From assembly GCA_964392925.1 (NCBI GenBank), contig CAYMRP010000005.1, positions 26,093-90,092 on the forward strand: DNA of 64,000 nucleotides, in the 5' to 3' direction. The DNA is from an uncultured Gammaproteobacteria bacterium. GTDB taxonomy: Bacteria > Patescibacteriota > Microgenomatia > Daviesbacterales > UBA10151. A program made the translations under genes and the position numbers. Under the pieces are notes generated by a model, which did not search any database, was not told the DNA's origin, and worked only from the letters and a program-made list of their open reading frames with translations. Of the stretch, positions 47,664-57,306 are shown in pieces; position 1 is the stretch's first letter, and each line of letters opens with the position of its first letter.

Positions 47664-48250
47664 AGTTGATGAATTCGGGTAGAAGTTGGAAATTCATTAT
47701 TATCGCCCTCTGTATCATCTAGTGAAGATTTTAACTCATTTTGAAAATCACTCTTAAAGCTCTGCATTAACGGATTAACCTCTGTGCTTGCCTGGTAAAC
47801 AACAGATTCAGCCTTCCCTGATGCCTCCCTAAGCAATTCATCTATCGGCGCTAAAGCCTCACTAAATCTCTTCTCTTCTTCAGCTTTTCTTTTCTGTTCG
47901 ATTTGTCTATCTGCAACTAGCTTAAATTTCCCAAACTGCGAATCAGTCATGTAAATATAAGCCAGTATCACTTTCTCCCCGCGGCCTTCAGAAAGTTGTT
48001 TTAAATTATTAAAAATCATCACATAAGAATCCTTATTAGAATCAGGTTGTTTACTATGGCTGAGCTCGATTTGATAATCTCTTAAACTAACCGAATAATG
48101 ATCATGCAGAGTAGTAGGGTCAAATTTTTTTAAATCAGTTCTAAAAGCCTCAATCTTATTCTGGTTCAATAATCCAACTAATTGATTTATATATCTCTCA
48201 GCTTTTTCGAAGTCACCTCTAGGTGGAGTTTGATTGCTTGAATCGGACAT
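47660..48250 (-). CDS. Hypothetical cytoplasmic protein (196 aa)
   Basis: ORF only; charged and coiled-coil-like. Confidence 0.4.
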   Translation of the reverse strand: MSDSSNQTPPRGDFEKAERYINQLVGLLNQNKIEAFRTDLKKFDPTTLHDHYSVSLRDYQIELSHSKQPDSNKDSYVMIFNNLKQLSEGRGEKVILAYIYMTDSQFGKFKLVADRQIEQKRKAEEEKRFSEALAPIDELLREASGKAESVVYQASTEVNPLMQSFKSDFQNELKSSLDDTEGDNNEFPTSTRIHQL

Positions 48251-48392
48251 TGGCCATATTATAGTTTGCCATCAATTACATCGCAAGGGCAATTTATCGC
48301 GATGGTGCATCTAAAAACCTTTGGCAGGCAGGTGCACAAAAGGGTATAATTCTCCTGAAAGGATAGTTTACGGTTTATTATAATAATCAATC

Positions 48393-49037
48393 ATGAGAAC
48401 CATCGGACAACTACTAAAAGAAGCTAGGGAAGCCAAACTCTATACACTAGATGAGGTTGAAAAACATACTAAGATCAGAAAAGAGCTTCTCAGGGCTCTC
48501 GAGAATAATGATTATGAAAAGCTTCCGCCTCTGACATTCATCCAGGGCTTTGTTAAGAACTACGGCAAATTCTTAGGTCTTGAAAGCGATAAATTGCTGG
48601 CAGTTTTAAGACGCGATTTTGAAGCCACTAAGCATCCTCCCTCAGTCATGGAAAGTTTTTCTAAGCCGCTTAGTAAAAAACGATTCCTAGTAACGCCTTC
48701 CCGGCTGATTGGTGCAGTCGTGGCCATTATTATAGTAACTTTCTTTGCTTACCTTTGGTTTGAATACCGCCAGTTTGTCGGCTCGCCGGTTCTTGAGGTT
48801 AACAGTCCTTCCCAAGGTCAAACTGTTGAAGTTACGACCATCTCAGTTGAAGGAATAACCGATCCGGACTCCAAAGTCACCATTAATGATCAAGAGGTGG
48901 GACTTGATACTGAAGGTAAATTTAAAGAGGAGGTCAAACTCTCATCATCAGTCAACAACATCTCAATTGTTTCAACCTCCAAATTCGGCCAATCGACCAA
49001 AGTTGAAAGAACAGTATATATAAAAAGCACGCAGTAG
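48393..49037 (+). CDS. RodZ-like cytoskeleton protein (XRE-type HTH, TM, extracytoplasmic domain)
   Basis: N-terminal LYTLDEVEKHTKIRKELLRALENNDYEKLPPLTFIQGFVKNYGKFLGL matches the RodZ HTH region. TM at about aa 100-120. Confidence 0.6.
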   Translation: MRTIGQLLKEAREAKLYTLDEVEKHTKIRKELLRALENNDYEKLPPLTFIQGFVKNYGKFLGLESDKLLAVLRRDFEATKHPPSVMESFSKPLSKKRFLVTPSRLIGAVVAIIIVTFFAYLWFEYRQFVGSPVLEVNSPSQGQTVEVTTISVEGITDPDSKVTINDQEVGLDTEGKFKEEVKLSSSVNNISIVSTSKFGQSTKVERTVYIKSTQ

Positions 49038-49132
49038 GAGGCTTTAAAAGTAAGGGCTAAGTTTTATAGGAAAACCAAAATTTGAATTTGCGCTTCCCTT
49101 GATACATAATACATACTACTAGTCCCAAATAT

Positions 49133-49399
49133 ATGACAGTTCTTGAAATTGCTTTAATTATCCTAGTCGCTATCTGGTCAATAATCTTCCTGATTATTGG
49201 AGCTGCACTCATCATGATTTTTATAGCAGTCAAACGAGCAATCGGCAAAGCCAACAGTATTCTTGATAAGACAGAGGCTGTTGCAGGGAAAGTTGATCTT
49301 CCTTCAAAGGTTGTCATCGCTTCGATAGTTGGCTTTATGGCTAAAAACTCTATGGGCACAGTAAAAAAAATTATTTCTGGTTTTCTCTCCCGAAAATAG
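49133..49399 (+). CDS. Small membrane protein (88 aa); strand choice uncertain against the overlapping ORF 49057..49359 on the minus strand
   Basis: Two hydrophobic helices; co-oriented with flanking genes. Confidence 0.3.
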   Translation: MTVLEIALIILVAIWSIIFLIIGAALIMIFIAVKRAIGKANSILDKTEAVAGKVDLPSKVVIASIVGFMAKNSMGTVKKIISGFLSRK

Positions 49400-49441
49400 C
49401 CTGACTTCTAAAAAAACTCCGCCTCTGTTATTATTCTAGGC

Positions 49442-51298
49442 ATGCAAAGCCGTGACATCCGTCAAAAATATCTTCAATTCTTTATTAGCAAATCTCACAA
49501 GGAAATTCAGCCTGCCAAATTAGTCCTAGATAATGACCCCACAACTCTTTTCACCTCTTCAGGAATGCAGCCCCTGGTGCCATATTTGCTTGGAGAAAAA
49601 CACCCGGAGGGCACCCGTTTAGTGGATTCTCAGCCCTCATTTCGCTCAGAAGATATAGAGGAGATTGGGGACAATAGACATACAACTTTTTTCGAAATGC
49701 TTGGCAACTGGTCGCTCGGCGACTATTTTAAAAAAGAGGAGATTACTTGGCTGCACCAATTTCTTTTTAAAGAACTCAATTTAGACCAGGAAAGAATCCA
49801 TATCACAGTTTTTGAAGGTAATGATTCAGTCCCCAAAGATGAGGATTCATTCGAAATCTGGAAAAATTTAGGCATTAAAGATGACCATCTTCACCTGTAC
49901 GGAGCAAGTAAGAACTGGTGGTCAAGATCTGGACCACCCGAAAATATGCCAGTTGGGGAGATAGGGGGCCCGGATACAGAGGTTTTCTATGAGTATCCGC
50001 AAATTAAGCATGACTTAAAATTTGGTTCTAATTGCCATCCTAATTGTGATTGCGGCAGATTTGTAGAAATCTGTAATGCGGTTTTCATCCAATATAAAAA
50101 AACAGGCGATGGAGAATTTGAAAAATTGCCTCAGCAGAATGTAGATTTTGGCGGCGGCTTGGAAAGAATCTTGGCTGCTGTAAATAATGAGCCCGATGTT
50201 TTTAAAACTGATTTATATACCCCCCTGATAAAAGTCATTGAAAAATACTCAGCCAAATCCTATTCCGATCCCGAGTCTCAGCCAAATATTCGTATCATTG
50301 CCGACCACCTAAAAGCAGCTACATTTTTAATCGTCTCCGGTGTCATCCCTTCCAATAAAATGCAGGGCTATGTTTTACGACGTTTAATTAGAAGGGTTGC
50401 AGTTAAAATGCACGAACTTCGGGGTCCTGTTAAAAAAGAAGCTATTCCAACCGATGCTTTTGAAGCTGCCTGCGCCTACACAGTCTTAGAAATTTACCAT
50501 GGATTATTCGGCATAGATAAGAATAATCATAAAGAACTCGTCGTTAGGATCATTGTTGATGAAATGGAAAAATTTGGAAAATCTCTGGAAAAAGGCTTGA
50601 AAGAAGTTCAAAAACTAGAGCATATTAACGGTAAAGCTGCCTTTGATTTATATCAGACATTTGGCTTTCCTCTCGAATTAACAATGGAGCTTATTAAACA
50701 AAAAGGCCAATCTTTCGACAAGAAAGATTTTGAATCAGAATTTGCAAAACATCGTGATCTATCCCGAACCTCCTCAGCTGGCAAGTTTGCCGGAGGTCTT
50801 GCTGGACATTCAGATGTTGAAATTAAATATCACACCGCCACCCATCTTCTTCACCAGGCTCTAAGAGATGTCTTGGGCGACACAGTCTTTCAAAAAGGCT
50901 CAAATATTACTCCGGAAAGGCTCAGATTTGATTTCTCATTCGACCGGAAAATGACACCAGAAGAAATCACCCAGGTCGAGGATTTAGTTAATTCCAAGAT
51001 AACAGAAGACTTAAAAGTTGACCGGACTCATATGACTTACGATCAGGCAAAAGAATTAAATGCAATCGGCCTGTTTGATGAAAAATACGATAAAACTAAC
51101 GTCTCTATTTACTCCATAGGCCCAAACTATAAAATAGATCAAAACTCCAAAGATCAGCGGAATAGAGGTGGTTACTATTCTTTGGAATTCTGCGGCGGAC
51201 CTCATGTTGAACATACCTCTTCAGTCGGTAAAATAAAAATCGTTAAAGAAGAGTCAGTCTCGGCGGGTATGCGCCGCATCCGAGCTGAGTTAATTTAG
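49442..51298 (+). CDS. alaS: Alanyl-tRNA synthetase, short form (catalytic, tRNA-recognition and editing domains; no C-Ala domain)
   Basis: RFVEICNAVFIQYK, VDFGGGLERI, editing-site HTATHLLH and CGGPHV. 618 aa versus about 870 typical. Confidence 0.85.
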   Translation: MQSRDIRQKYLQFFISKSHKEIQPAKLVLDNDPTTLFTSSGMQPLVPYLLGEKHPEGTRLVDSQPSFRSEDIEEIGDNRHTTFFEMLGNWSLGDYFKKEEITWLHQFLFKELNLDQERIHITVFEGNDSVPKDEDSFEIWKNLGIKDDHLHLYGASKNWWSRSGPPENMPVGEIGGPDTEVFYEYPQIKHDLKFGSNCHPNCDCGRFVEICNAVFIQYKKTGDGEFEKLPQQNVDFGGGLERILAAVNNEPDVFKTDLYTPLIKVIEKYSAKSYSDPESQPNIRIIADHLKAATFLIVSGVIPSNKMQGYVLRRLIRRVAVKMHELRGPVKKEAIPTDAFEAACAYTVLEIYHGLFGIDKNNHKELVVRIIVDEMEKFGKSLEKGLKEVQKLEHINGKAAFDLYQTFGFPLELTMELIKQKGQSFDKKDFESEFAKHRDLSRTSSAGKFAGGLAGHSDVEIKYHTATHLLHQALRDVLGDTVFQKGSNITPERLRFDFSFDRKMTPEEITQVEDLVNSKITEDLKVDRTHMTYDQAKELNAIGLFDEKYDKTNVSIYSIGPNYKIDQNSKDQRNRGGYYSLEFCGGPHVEHTSSVGKIKIVKEESVSAGMRRIRAELI

Positions 51299-51372
51299 AG
51301 CCGTATCCTATTTATAAATATTGAATTTGTGTGCTAATATTAAGCTTGATCCTTTGTTAAGGAATCCAATTT

Positions 51373-53592
51373 ATGGGGTTTTTAGATTCACTGTCCAAGT
51401 TCTTACCAAGTAAAAAAAGCCAGGTTCAAGCAGAATACTATTTCGGTTTGAGCATCAAGCACGGAATGGTCACAGGTTCAGTCTGGGGAATAGATGGTAA
51501 TAAAGTCAAAATAATCTCTTTTAAAGATCATAAATTCAGTCAGGAGGGTGATGTCTCTGAAAATGCCCACAGTTTAATTGAGGCCTCCAACATCGCTCTA
51601 GACCAGGCTCTCGCCGACTTTCAGCCTGAACCCGATAAGATTCTTTTTGGAGTTCCTGACTCTTGGTTACAGGACGAAGAACTAAAAGGCAAGTACGCTA
51701 AAGTTTTAAAACAGCTGACAAATGAATTAGATGTTGCGCCATTGGCATATGTCTCCACAACTCACGCTATTTGTCATCTTCTTCAAAGGCAGGAAGGCAT
51801 CCCGGTAACTGCAATTCTGGTGGAAGTAGGGGACCCGCTAAGCGTGTCTGTTGTTAAAGCAGGCAAGGTTCTGGGGACTAAAGAGGTTTCTCGAGGTGAG
51901 CATCTTAGCCGTGATATTGAAAAAGCACTCCTGTCATTCGGGGATGTAGAAGTTTTACCCGCCAAGATTTTAATTTTTGGTAAAGGTGATGTAGCTCGGT
52001 ACAAAGAAGAAATGGTTTCCTACAACTGGATGGGTCAACTGCCATTCCTCCATCTGCCTAAGATAGAAAGTCTTGAGGATAACGCCTCAATAAAAGCACT
52101 CAGCTTTGCTGGGGCATCAGAGATTAATCCTCATGTTCACTTAGACCATCAAACAGTTCCAGTGGAAGCCTTAGCTCCGGCTTCAAATCACGCAACTCGA
52201 AAATTGCCTGATCATCATGATAATCTCAAGCCAGCTCATGGTACAGCAGCCTTGCCTGTTTTTGCCGAAGGTGATATTAACCAAAGAGGTAAGCAGCCTG
52301 CCGGAGAAGACAGTACTGCAGAATACGCTGTTGAAACTTATGAGCGTCCAATGCATCGACAACCAGCTCCTTTCAAAGCCAGTCCCTTAGATAAGTTGCC
52401 TTCTGTCGGATCTATTATTCCAGCCAGCCTTCTTAAGAATCCAATGAGGTTTTTTAGCGGCGCTGGCTTCACTCTTATAATTCCAGTTATCGTTCTGGCA
52501 GTTCTAGTCGGGGCTTATCTATTACTACCAAAAGCCACAGTTACTATTTTTGTTGATCCGAAAATTCTAGAAAAAGAAACACTAATCGTGGCAGATCCAA
52601 CTATTACAACTATGGATGAAGCCAGCAAGCAAATTGCCGGTAAAATCGTTGAAACAACAGTTGATGGAACTGCCAAAGCCGCCGCAACAGGTAAAAAGCA
52701 AATTGGAGATCCCGCCAAAGGAGCTGTAGTTTTATATAACAAAACCTCCTCTCCAAGAACTTTCTCCGCTGGCACTGAACTGGTTGGTCCCGGGAATTTA
52801 ACTTTTAAACTTGATACCTCAGTTACGGTTGCTTCCCAGTCGGCTGTTGAAGGGGGCATTTCCTTTGGTAAAGGTACCACTAACGCAACAGCCTCAACTA
52901 TTGGGCCTGAAAGCAACTTGGCAGCTGGTAAGGACCTCACAATCAAAGGTGCTTCCGCTGATCAATTCACTGCCAAAGTTGACACCGCTTTTTCCGGAGG
53001 AGTTTCCAAAGATGTCACAGTCGTGACCGCAGATGACCAGAAAAAACTTCTCGCTTCTTTAACGTCCGACTTAAAAAAGCAGGCTTCAGACGAGGTCCAG
53101 GGGAAACTAACCGGCGATATGAAAATACTTGAAGAAACTTTTACCGAGAAAGTAATTTCCCAATCTTACTCCAAAAAATCTGGCGACCAGGCTACAGAAT
53201 TTTCTCTAACCTTGAACCTCAATCTTAAAGGCACAGCTTATTCAGACACCGATCTTAAAACTATTGTTGGAAAACTTGTTGAAACGAATGTTCCCGAAGG
53301 CTACGACTTAGATCTTTCTCGTACTGAAACCCAGGCTACAGTTTCTAAAGTTGAGAAAGACGGAAAAATCGTTTTTACAGCAAAATTTAAAGCCAAGTTA
53401 ATGCCTAGATTAGATCTTGAAAAACTAAAATCTGACATTAAATTTAAAACTCCGGTTCAGGTAGAAGATATTCTCAAGACTCACGAAAGCGTGATTGGCG
53501 CTGATGTAAAAATCTCCCCAGAACTTCCAGGTCCGCTTCTGCGCTTACCATTGCTGCCCCAAAACATAAATCTTGAAATATCTTCAAATTAG
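51373..53592 (+). CDS. Bitopic protein: cytoplasmic actin-like (PilM/FtsA/GspL-type) N-terminal domain, one TM, then a large beta-rich extracytoplasmic domain
   Basis: YYFGLSIKHG..; ..LAYVSTTHAICHLL..ILVEVGDPLSVSVVKAG..SRGEHLSRDIEKAL resembles PilM/GspL cytoplasmic domains. TM FTLIIPVIVLAVLVGAYLLL at about aa 360-380. The functional call is tentative. Confidence 0.4.
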   Translation: MGFLDSLSKFLPSKKSQVQAEYYFGLSIKHGMVTGSVWGIDGNKVKIISFKDHKFSQEGDVSENAHSLIEASNIALDQALADFQPEPDKILFGVPDSWLQDEELKGKYAKVLKQLTNELDVAPLAYVSTTHAICHLLQRQEGIPVTAILVEVGDPLSVSVVKAGKVLGTKEVSRGEHLSRDIEKALLSFGDVEVLPAKILIFGKGDVARYKEEMVSYNWMGQLPFLHLPKIESLEDNASIKALSFAGASEINPHVHLDHQTVPVEALAPASNHATRKLPDHHDNLKPAHGTAALPVFAEGDINQRGKQPAGEDSTAEYAVETYERPMHRQPAPFKASPLDKLPSVGSIIPASLLKNPMRFFSGAGFTLIIPVIVLAVLVGAYLLLPKATVTIFVDPKILEKETLIVADPTITTMDEASKQIAGKIVETTVDGTAKAAATGKKQIGDPAKGAVVLYNKTSSPRTFSAGTELVGPGNLTFKLDTSVTVASQSAVEGGISFGKGTTNATASTIGPESNLAAGKDLTIKGASADQFTAKVDTAFSGGVSKDVTVVTADDQKKLLASLTSDLKKQASDEVQGKLTGDMKILEETFTEKVISQSYSKKSGDQATEFSLTLNLNLKGTAYSDTDLKTIVGKLVETNVPEGYDLDLSRTETQATVSKVEKDGKIVFTAKFKAKLMPRLDLEKLKSDIKFKTPVQVEDILKTHESVIGADVKISPELPGPLLRLPLLPQNINLEISSN

Positions 53593-54436
53593 AATAATTC
53601 TCATCATTCTCATAGTTCTAAGTATTGGGATTTTCTCCCTTAGCTTTATCCTATCCCAAAATCCTTCTGCAGAAGTTTCACCCTCACCATCTCCAAAAGA
53701 AATTAGAACTGCTGTTATTGTTTCCTCAGCCCCAACCCCAACTCCTAGCCCCACCCCAACACCAAGACCATCTCCTTCGTTAAAACCTGCCCCGAATAAA
53801 GAGTCCTATATTATTGCCGCTTTTGGCGATTCAATGGTCGACACCATGGGTGAAAACCTTGATTATTTGGATAAAGAAATGATAGCCCGTTATCCTAAAA
53901 CAAAATTCAAATTTTATAATTACGGGATTGGATCACAAAACGTAGTAGAAGCAGAGAAAAGATTCTCTGAGCCTTTCATTTACCAAACAAGAAATTATCC
54001 TCCTCTCGACGAGATTAAAGCTGATGTAATCATAATTTCATCATTTGCCTATAATCCACTCTCTCCTTATGACAAGAGTGCTTACTTAAAAAGCTTAACC
54101 AGTTTAATAAATAACGCCAAAAACACTGGTGCCAAAGTATATCTTTTAGCCGAAATCGCCCCTTTGAAAGTAGGCTTTGGTAAAGGAGTTGGTGGTGTTA
54201 ATTGGGAGGATTCTAAAGTTAAAGAGCATGTCGGATATATCCTCCAAAATCTTGATGCTTCAGTTTTTCTGTCGTCTCAGACAAATACTCCACTACTAAA
54301 TGCCTATAAAGCCTCTCAGGTCGACGGGAAATACGGCAATAAATTATATGTCGGCAGCCATGACGGAATTCATCCTTCTGTAGAAGGCGAAATATTTATG
54401 GCGGATTTAATAGCAGAGCAAATAAAACTACCTTAA
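53573..54436 (+). CDS. Secreted SGNH/GDSL-family hydrolase (esterase/lipase-like)
   Basis: N-terminal TM, PTPTPSPTPTPRPSP linker, GDSL block AAFGDSMVDTMGENL, C-terminal DGIHPS (catalytic His region). Confidence 0.6.
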   Translation: MKYLQIRIILIILIVLSIGIFSLSFILSQNPSAEVSPSPSPKEIRTAVIVSSAPTPTPSPTPTPRPSPSLKPAPNKESYIIAAFGDSMVDTMGENLDYLDKEMIARYPKTKFKFYNYGIGSQNVVEAEKRFSEPFIYQTRNYPPLDEIKADVIIISSFAYNPLSPYDKSAYLKSLTSLINNAKNTGAKVYLLAEIAPLKVGFGKGVGGVNWEDSKVKEHVGYILQNLDASVFLSSQTNTPLLNAYKASQVDGKYGNKLYVGSHDGIHPSVEGEIFMADLIAEQIKLP

Positions 54437-54465
54437 TTTCAGGTATGTGAGGAATCAAGCTCTGC

Positions 54466-55872
54466 CTAATTTGAGCCCCGCCAATATTCTGGAGTAATAA
54501 TAAAAAAGTATTCCATACTCGAATAAATAGAAATCATAAAAATGACTAATAATGCAGCAGTGACTACAATCTGATTTAATCTTGATGAAGGTCTAACATT
54601 AATCAAAAACAGAAATAATAATAGTCCCGATATAACCCATTTCCAAATCCCTGAATATGCTTGAAATTCCTCAATGCTCATAATTTTAGAAATATTTACA
54701 CCAATCGGAATAAGTAACAGCATGAATGCTGGAATAATATAGTCTTTATTTCTAAAAGCACCAACTATTATTCTGGCGATAGCAGCATATAAAAACGGAA
54801 TAAAAGGATATCTGTACCAGCCGTGAGGTTCACTGCCAAACAGTAAAAAGACTGCCAAATAACAAACTAAAGGTGCGAGTATATACATCTCCTTCTTATC
54901 CCGGCCCGGAATCATGAATAGTGAAACAGCAGCCAGCCAGCCTGACAAAAACCAGCCGTCTGTTAAATAATGAACATTAGTTATTTTAGTCGTAGTTAAC
55001 AAATCATAAAAAGCTTTTGATCCAATCCCGTAAAACCTTTCTCCGTTTGAGCCAAGAATTATTAGAAATTGTTCAAAATCATATGCCGCACCATAACTAA
55101 AAAACACGAGCAAAAACCCCATCGAAACTAACGCATATATTGAAACATCCTGCAGAGCTTTTCTGATCGACTTGGAAAAATATAGCAATATAAAAATACC
55201 ACTCAGAACAATTGCAATTCCGGAGAGTTTTGCTAAAAGTGAAATCCCGGCAATGATCGCGCAAACCCAAAGCAGCCATTTTTTCTGATGCTCAATATAT
55301 AAATAAAGCGTCACCAGGCTTGCAATAAATAAAGGAATTAGTAAATTCTCAGCTTGGACTGTTCTGCTGCCGATTATCGAAAGAGGGGAGACTGCCATAA
55401 TCAATGATCCTCCAATCGCTTCTTTGTAGCCAAACACCTTATACAAGTAGATAAATAGAAGTAGTATCGAAATAGAACCTAGAATCACCATCGGTTTTCT
55501 TATAAAAGAAATCAGCACGTCCTCAAACACTCGAGCCCCTTTTGAATAAGCATATCCGCCTGTTATCAACCCTAAAAGCGGAGGATGATCAAACCACGGC
55601 GTATTTATAGAAAATGGATTAGCCCCCGCTGCTTCTTTAAAAACTTGATTAACACTAATGTAACGATAATCATAATTCTTGTATCCGGAAATCCCGGAAA
55701 TTCCAATTGGCACTCCAGTTTGGATTAAGCTTAACCCAACCCAACCAAAACTATATTCGTCCATCGACTCTCCAGGGTAAGGAATTAAGGAATAATTATC
55801 ATTCCTTAAGTAATATCCAAAAGCCGTTATTGATATTAAAATAGCAACTAAAATAATTTGATATTTCTTCAT
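54466..55872 (-). CDS. GT-C fold membrane glycosyltransferase (PMT/ArnT-like, GT39/GT83-type)
   Basis: About 12 TM. Acidic DE motif in the first extracytoplasmic loop (PGESMDEYSFGW), typical of GT-C enzymes. Confidence 0.5.
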   Translation of the reverse strand: MKKYQIILVAILISITAFGYYLRNDNYSLIPYPGESMDEYSFGWVGLSLIQTGVPIGISGISGYKNYDYRYISVNQVFKEAAGANPFSINTPWFDHPPLLGLITGGYAYSKGARVFEDVLISFIRKPMVILGSISILLLFIYLYKVFGYKEAIGGSLIMAVSPLSIIGSRTVQAENLLIPLFIASLVTLYLYIEHQKKWLLWVCAIIAGISLLAKLSGIAIVLSGIFILLYFSKSIRKALQDVSIYALVSMGFLLVFFSYGAAYDFEQFLIILGSNGERFYGIGSKAFYDLLTTTKITNVHYLTDGWFLSGWLAAVSLFMIPGRDKKEMYILAPLVCYLAVFLLFGSEPHGWYRYPFIPFLYAAIARIIVGAFRNKDYIIPAFMLLLIPIGVNISKIMSIEEFQAYSGIWKWVISGLLLFLFLINVRPSSRLNQIVVTAALLVIFMISIYSSMEYFFIITPEYWRGSN

Positions 55873-56399
55873 CTGTAAAAACAGTTAACATTATCACCAG
55901 GCGTTATGCTTTTCTCAAAATCTAAAATCTCATCATTATTAATAAAGCATCTCCAGGAAGTCTCATTAGAAACTAGATTTCCCATTCTAACTAGTCTTTT
56001 CGGCTCAACTTCTACCTCATACAAATTTATTCTGGCAACTAATTTTATAAGATCTGCATAGCTACTTGGATTAATAGCTTTAACAGCTAAAGTATTGGTC
56101 GAGCTTTCATTGCCATTGCAATAAATATTTAGTTTTACATATGCATCCTGCGCATCAGGGCTTCCAAGTATTGCATTTGTACACGGATTCTCTCCGAAGT
56201 ATCTAAATTTTGAAACCTCGGATAACAACTGCTCTTTTTTCTGCTCGCTGAAATTCGCTTTTGTGTAGCTTTTGATAAACAAATAGAGTAAGCAGCTAAT
56301 AACTAGAATGATTCCAAAATAAACAATCAGAGGTTTACTACTCATCCTCACGAACCCGATCTTTGAAATCCCGGTAAAGCTTTTGAATCTTCGGATCAA
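55869..56399 (-). CDS. Hypothetical secreted protein with 4 Cys
   Basis: N-terminal TM; its start overlaps the msrA 3' end, so the real start is probably internal. Confidence 0.35.
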   Translation of the reverse strand: MIRRFKSFTGISKIGFVRMSSKPLIVYFGIILVISCLLYLFIKSYTKANFSEQKKEQLLSEVSKFRYFGENPCTNAILGSPDAQDAYVKLNIYCNGNESSTNTLAVKAINPSSYADLIKLVARINLYEVEVEPKRLVRMGNLVSNETSWRCFINNDEILDFEKSITPGDNVNCFYR

Positions 56400-56886
56400 T
56401 CACAACCCGGCAGTAAGAATTAGAACTCCTATTTTGGTCATAATAATCTTGGTGATAATCCTCGGCTTCATAAAAATTAGTCAGCTGTGAAATTTCAGTT
56501 ACAATCGGATCATCATAAATTTTATCTTTTTCAAACTGCGCCAAAACTCTCTCAGCAATTTCTTTTTGTTCTTCATCGCTATAAAAAATTGCCGATCTAT
56601 ATTGCTCACCAATATCTGCTCCTTGTTGGTTAAGAGTTGTCGGGTCATGCAGTTTGAAAAATATTTCCACCAGCTGTTTATAAGAGATAATACTAGAATC
56701 AAACTTTATTTGAATTGCCTCTGCATGTCCTGTATCTCCATTTGAAACCTGTTCGTATGTTGGGTTCTCAACCCGTCCTCCAGTATAGCCTGAAATAACC
56801 TCCTCAACTCCTTTAAGTCTTTTAAATACCGCCTCAGTACACCAAAAGCAACCTCCAGCAAACGTTGCAGTTTTAAGTTTTAACAT
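56338..56886 (-). CDS. msrA: Peptide methionine sulfoxide reductase MsrA
   Basis: ATFAGGCFWCTEAVF active site. Start taken at the internal ATG (MLKLKTATFAGG). Confidence 0.9.
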   Translation of the reverse strand: MLKLKTATFAGGCFWCTEAVFKRLKGVEEVISGYTGGRVENPTYEQVSNGDTGHAEAIQIKFDSSIISYKQLVEIFFKLHDPTTLNQQGADIGEQYRSAIFYSDEEQKEIAERVLAQFEKDKIYDDPIVTEISQLTNFYEAEDYHQDYYDQNRSSNSYCRVVIDPKIQKLYRDFKDRVREDE

Positions 56887-56983
56887 GAAATGATTATATT
56901 GCAAACTAAAAATTAAATACATGGGGCTTGCAATTTAATGTGAAATAGAAGTATTCTCAATGCCTAAAGGAGGTGAAATATAC

Positions 56984-57259
56984 ATGGCAAACAACGATAA
57001 AAAAACTGGTTTAAATCCAGTGGTTGCTTCTCTTGCAGGAGCTGCATTAGGTGCAGCAGTTGGCGCTGGGGCAGTAATCCTTTCCGACGAAAAAAATCGC
57101 AAGAAACTTGAGGAAGCTTTAGAGGGTCTCAAAAAACAGGGCTTTGATGTTTTAGAAATAGCTAAAAAAGAAGCGAGTTCAATCAAAAAGCAATTAACTC
57201 CTGCAGCCGAAGAAGCAGTAAAAGAAGTTAAGAAGGCAGCTAAGAAAGCTTCTAAATAG
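56984..57259 (+). CDS. Small YtxH-like (DUF948-type) protein: one TM helix plus a Lys/Glu/Ala-rich amphipathic tail
   Basis: Perfect SD AAGGAGGTGA 7 nt upstream of ATG 56984. GLNPVVASLAGAALGAAVGAGAVIL TM. The antisense ORF 56935..57264 is rejected. Confidence 0.45.
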   Translation: MANNDKKTGLNPVVASLAGAALGAAVGAGAVILSDEKNRKKLEEALEGLKKQGFDVLEIAKKEASSIKKQLTPAAEEAVKEVKKAAKKASK

Positions 57260-57306
57260 CTCATTAACCTTGCAAATAGCCTAATTTTAAAGTTAAAATT
57301 CCCCTC

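Noticed and set aside
49057-49359. 100-aa minus-strand ORF overlapping the 49133..49399 plus-strand ORF
   Set aside because: The two are mutually exclusive. The plus-strand version is co-oriented with its neighbours and has clearer TM helices, so I kept it, though neither is well supported.
56935-57264. 109-aa minus-strand ORF antisense to the YtxH-like gene
   Set aside because: The plus-strand gene has a perfect Shine-Dalgarno at ideal spacing and a recognisable TM plus amphipathic tail architecture. The antisense ORF is the complement of a GCA/GCT-rich region.
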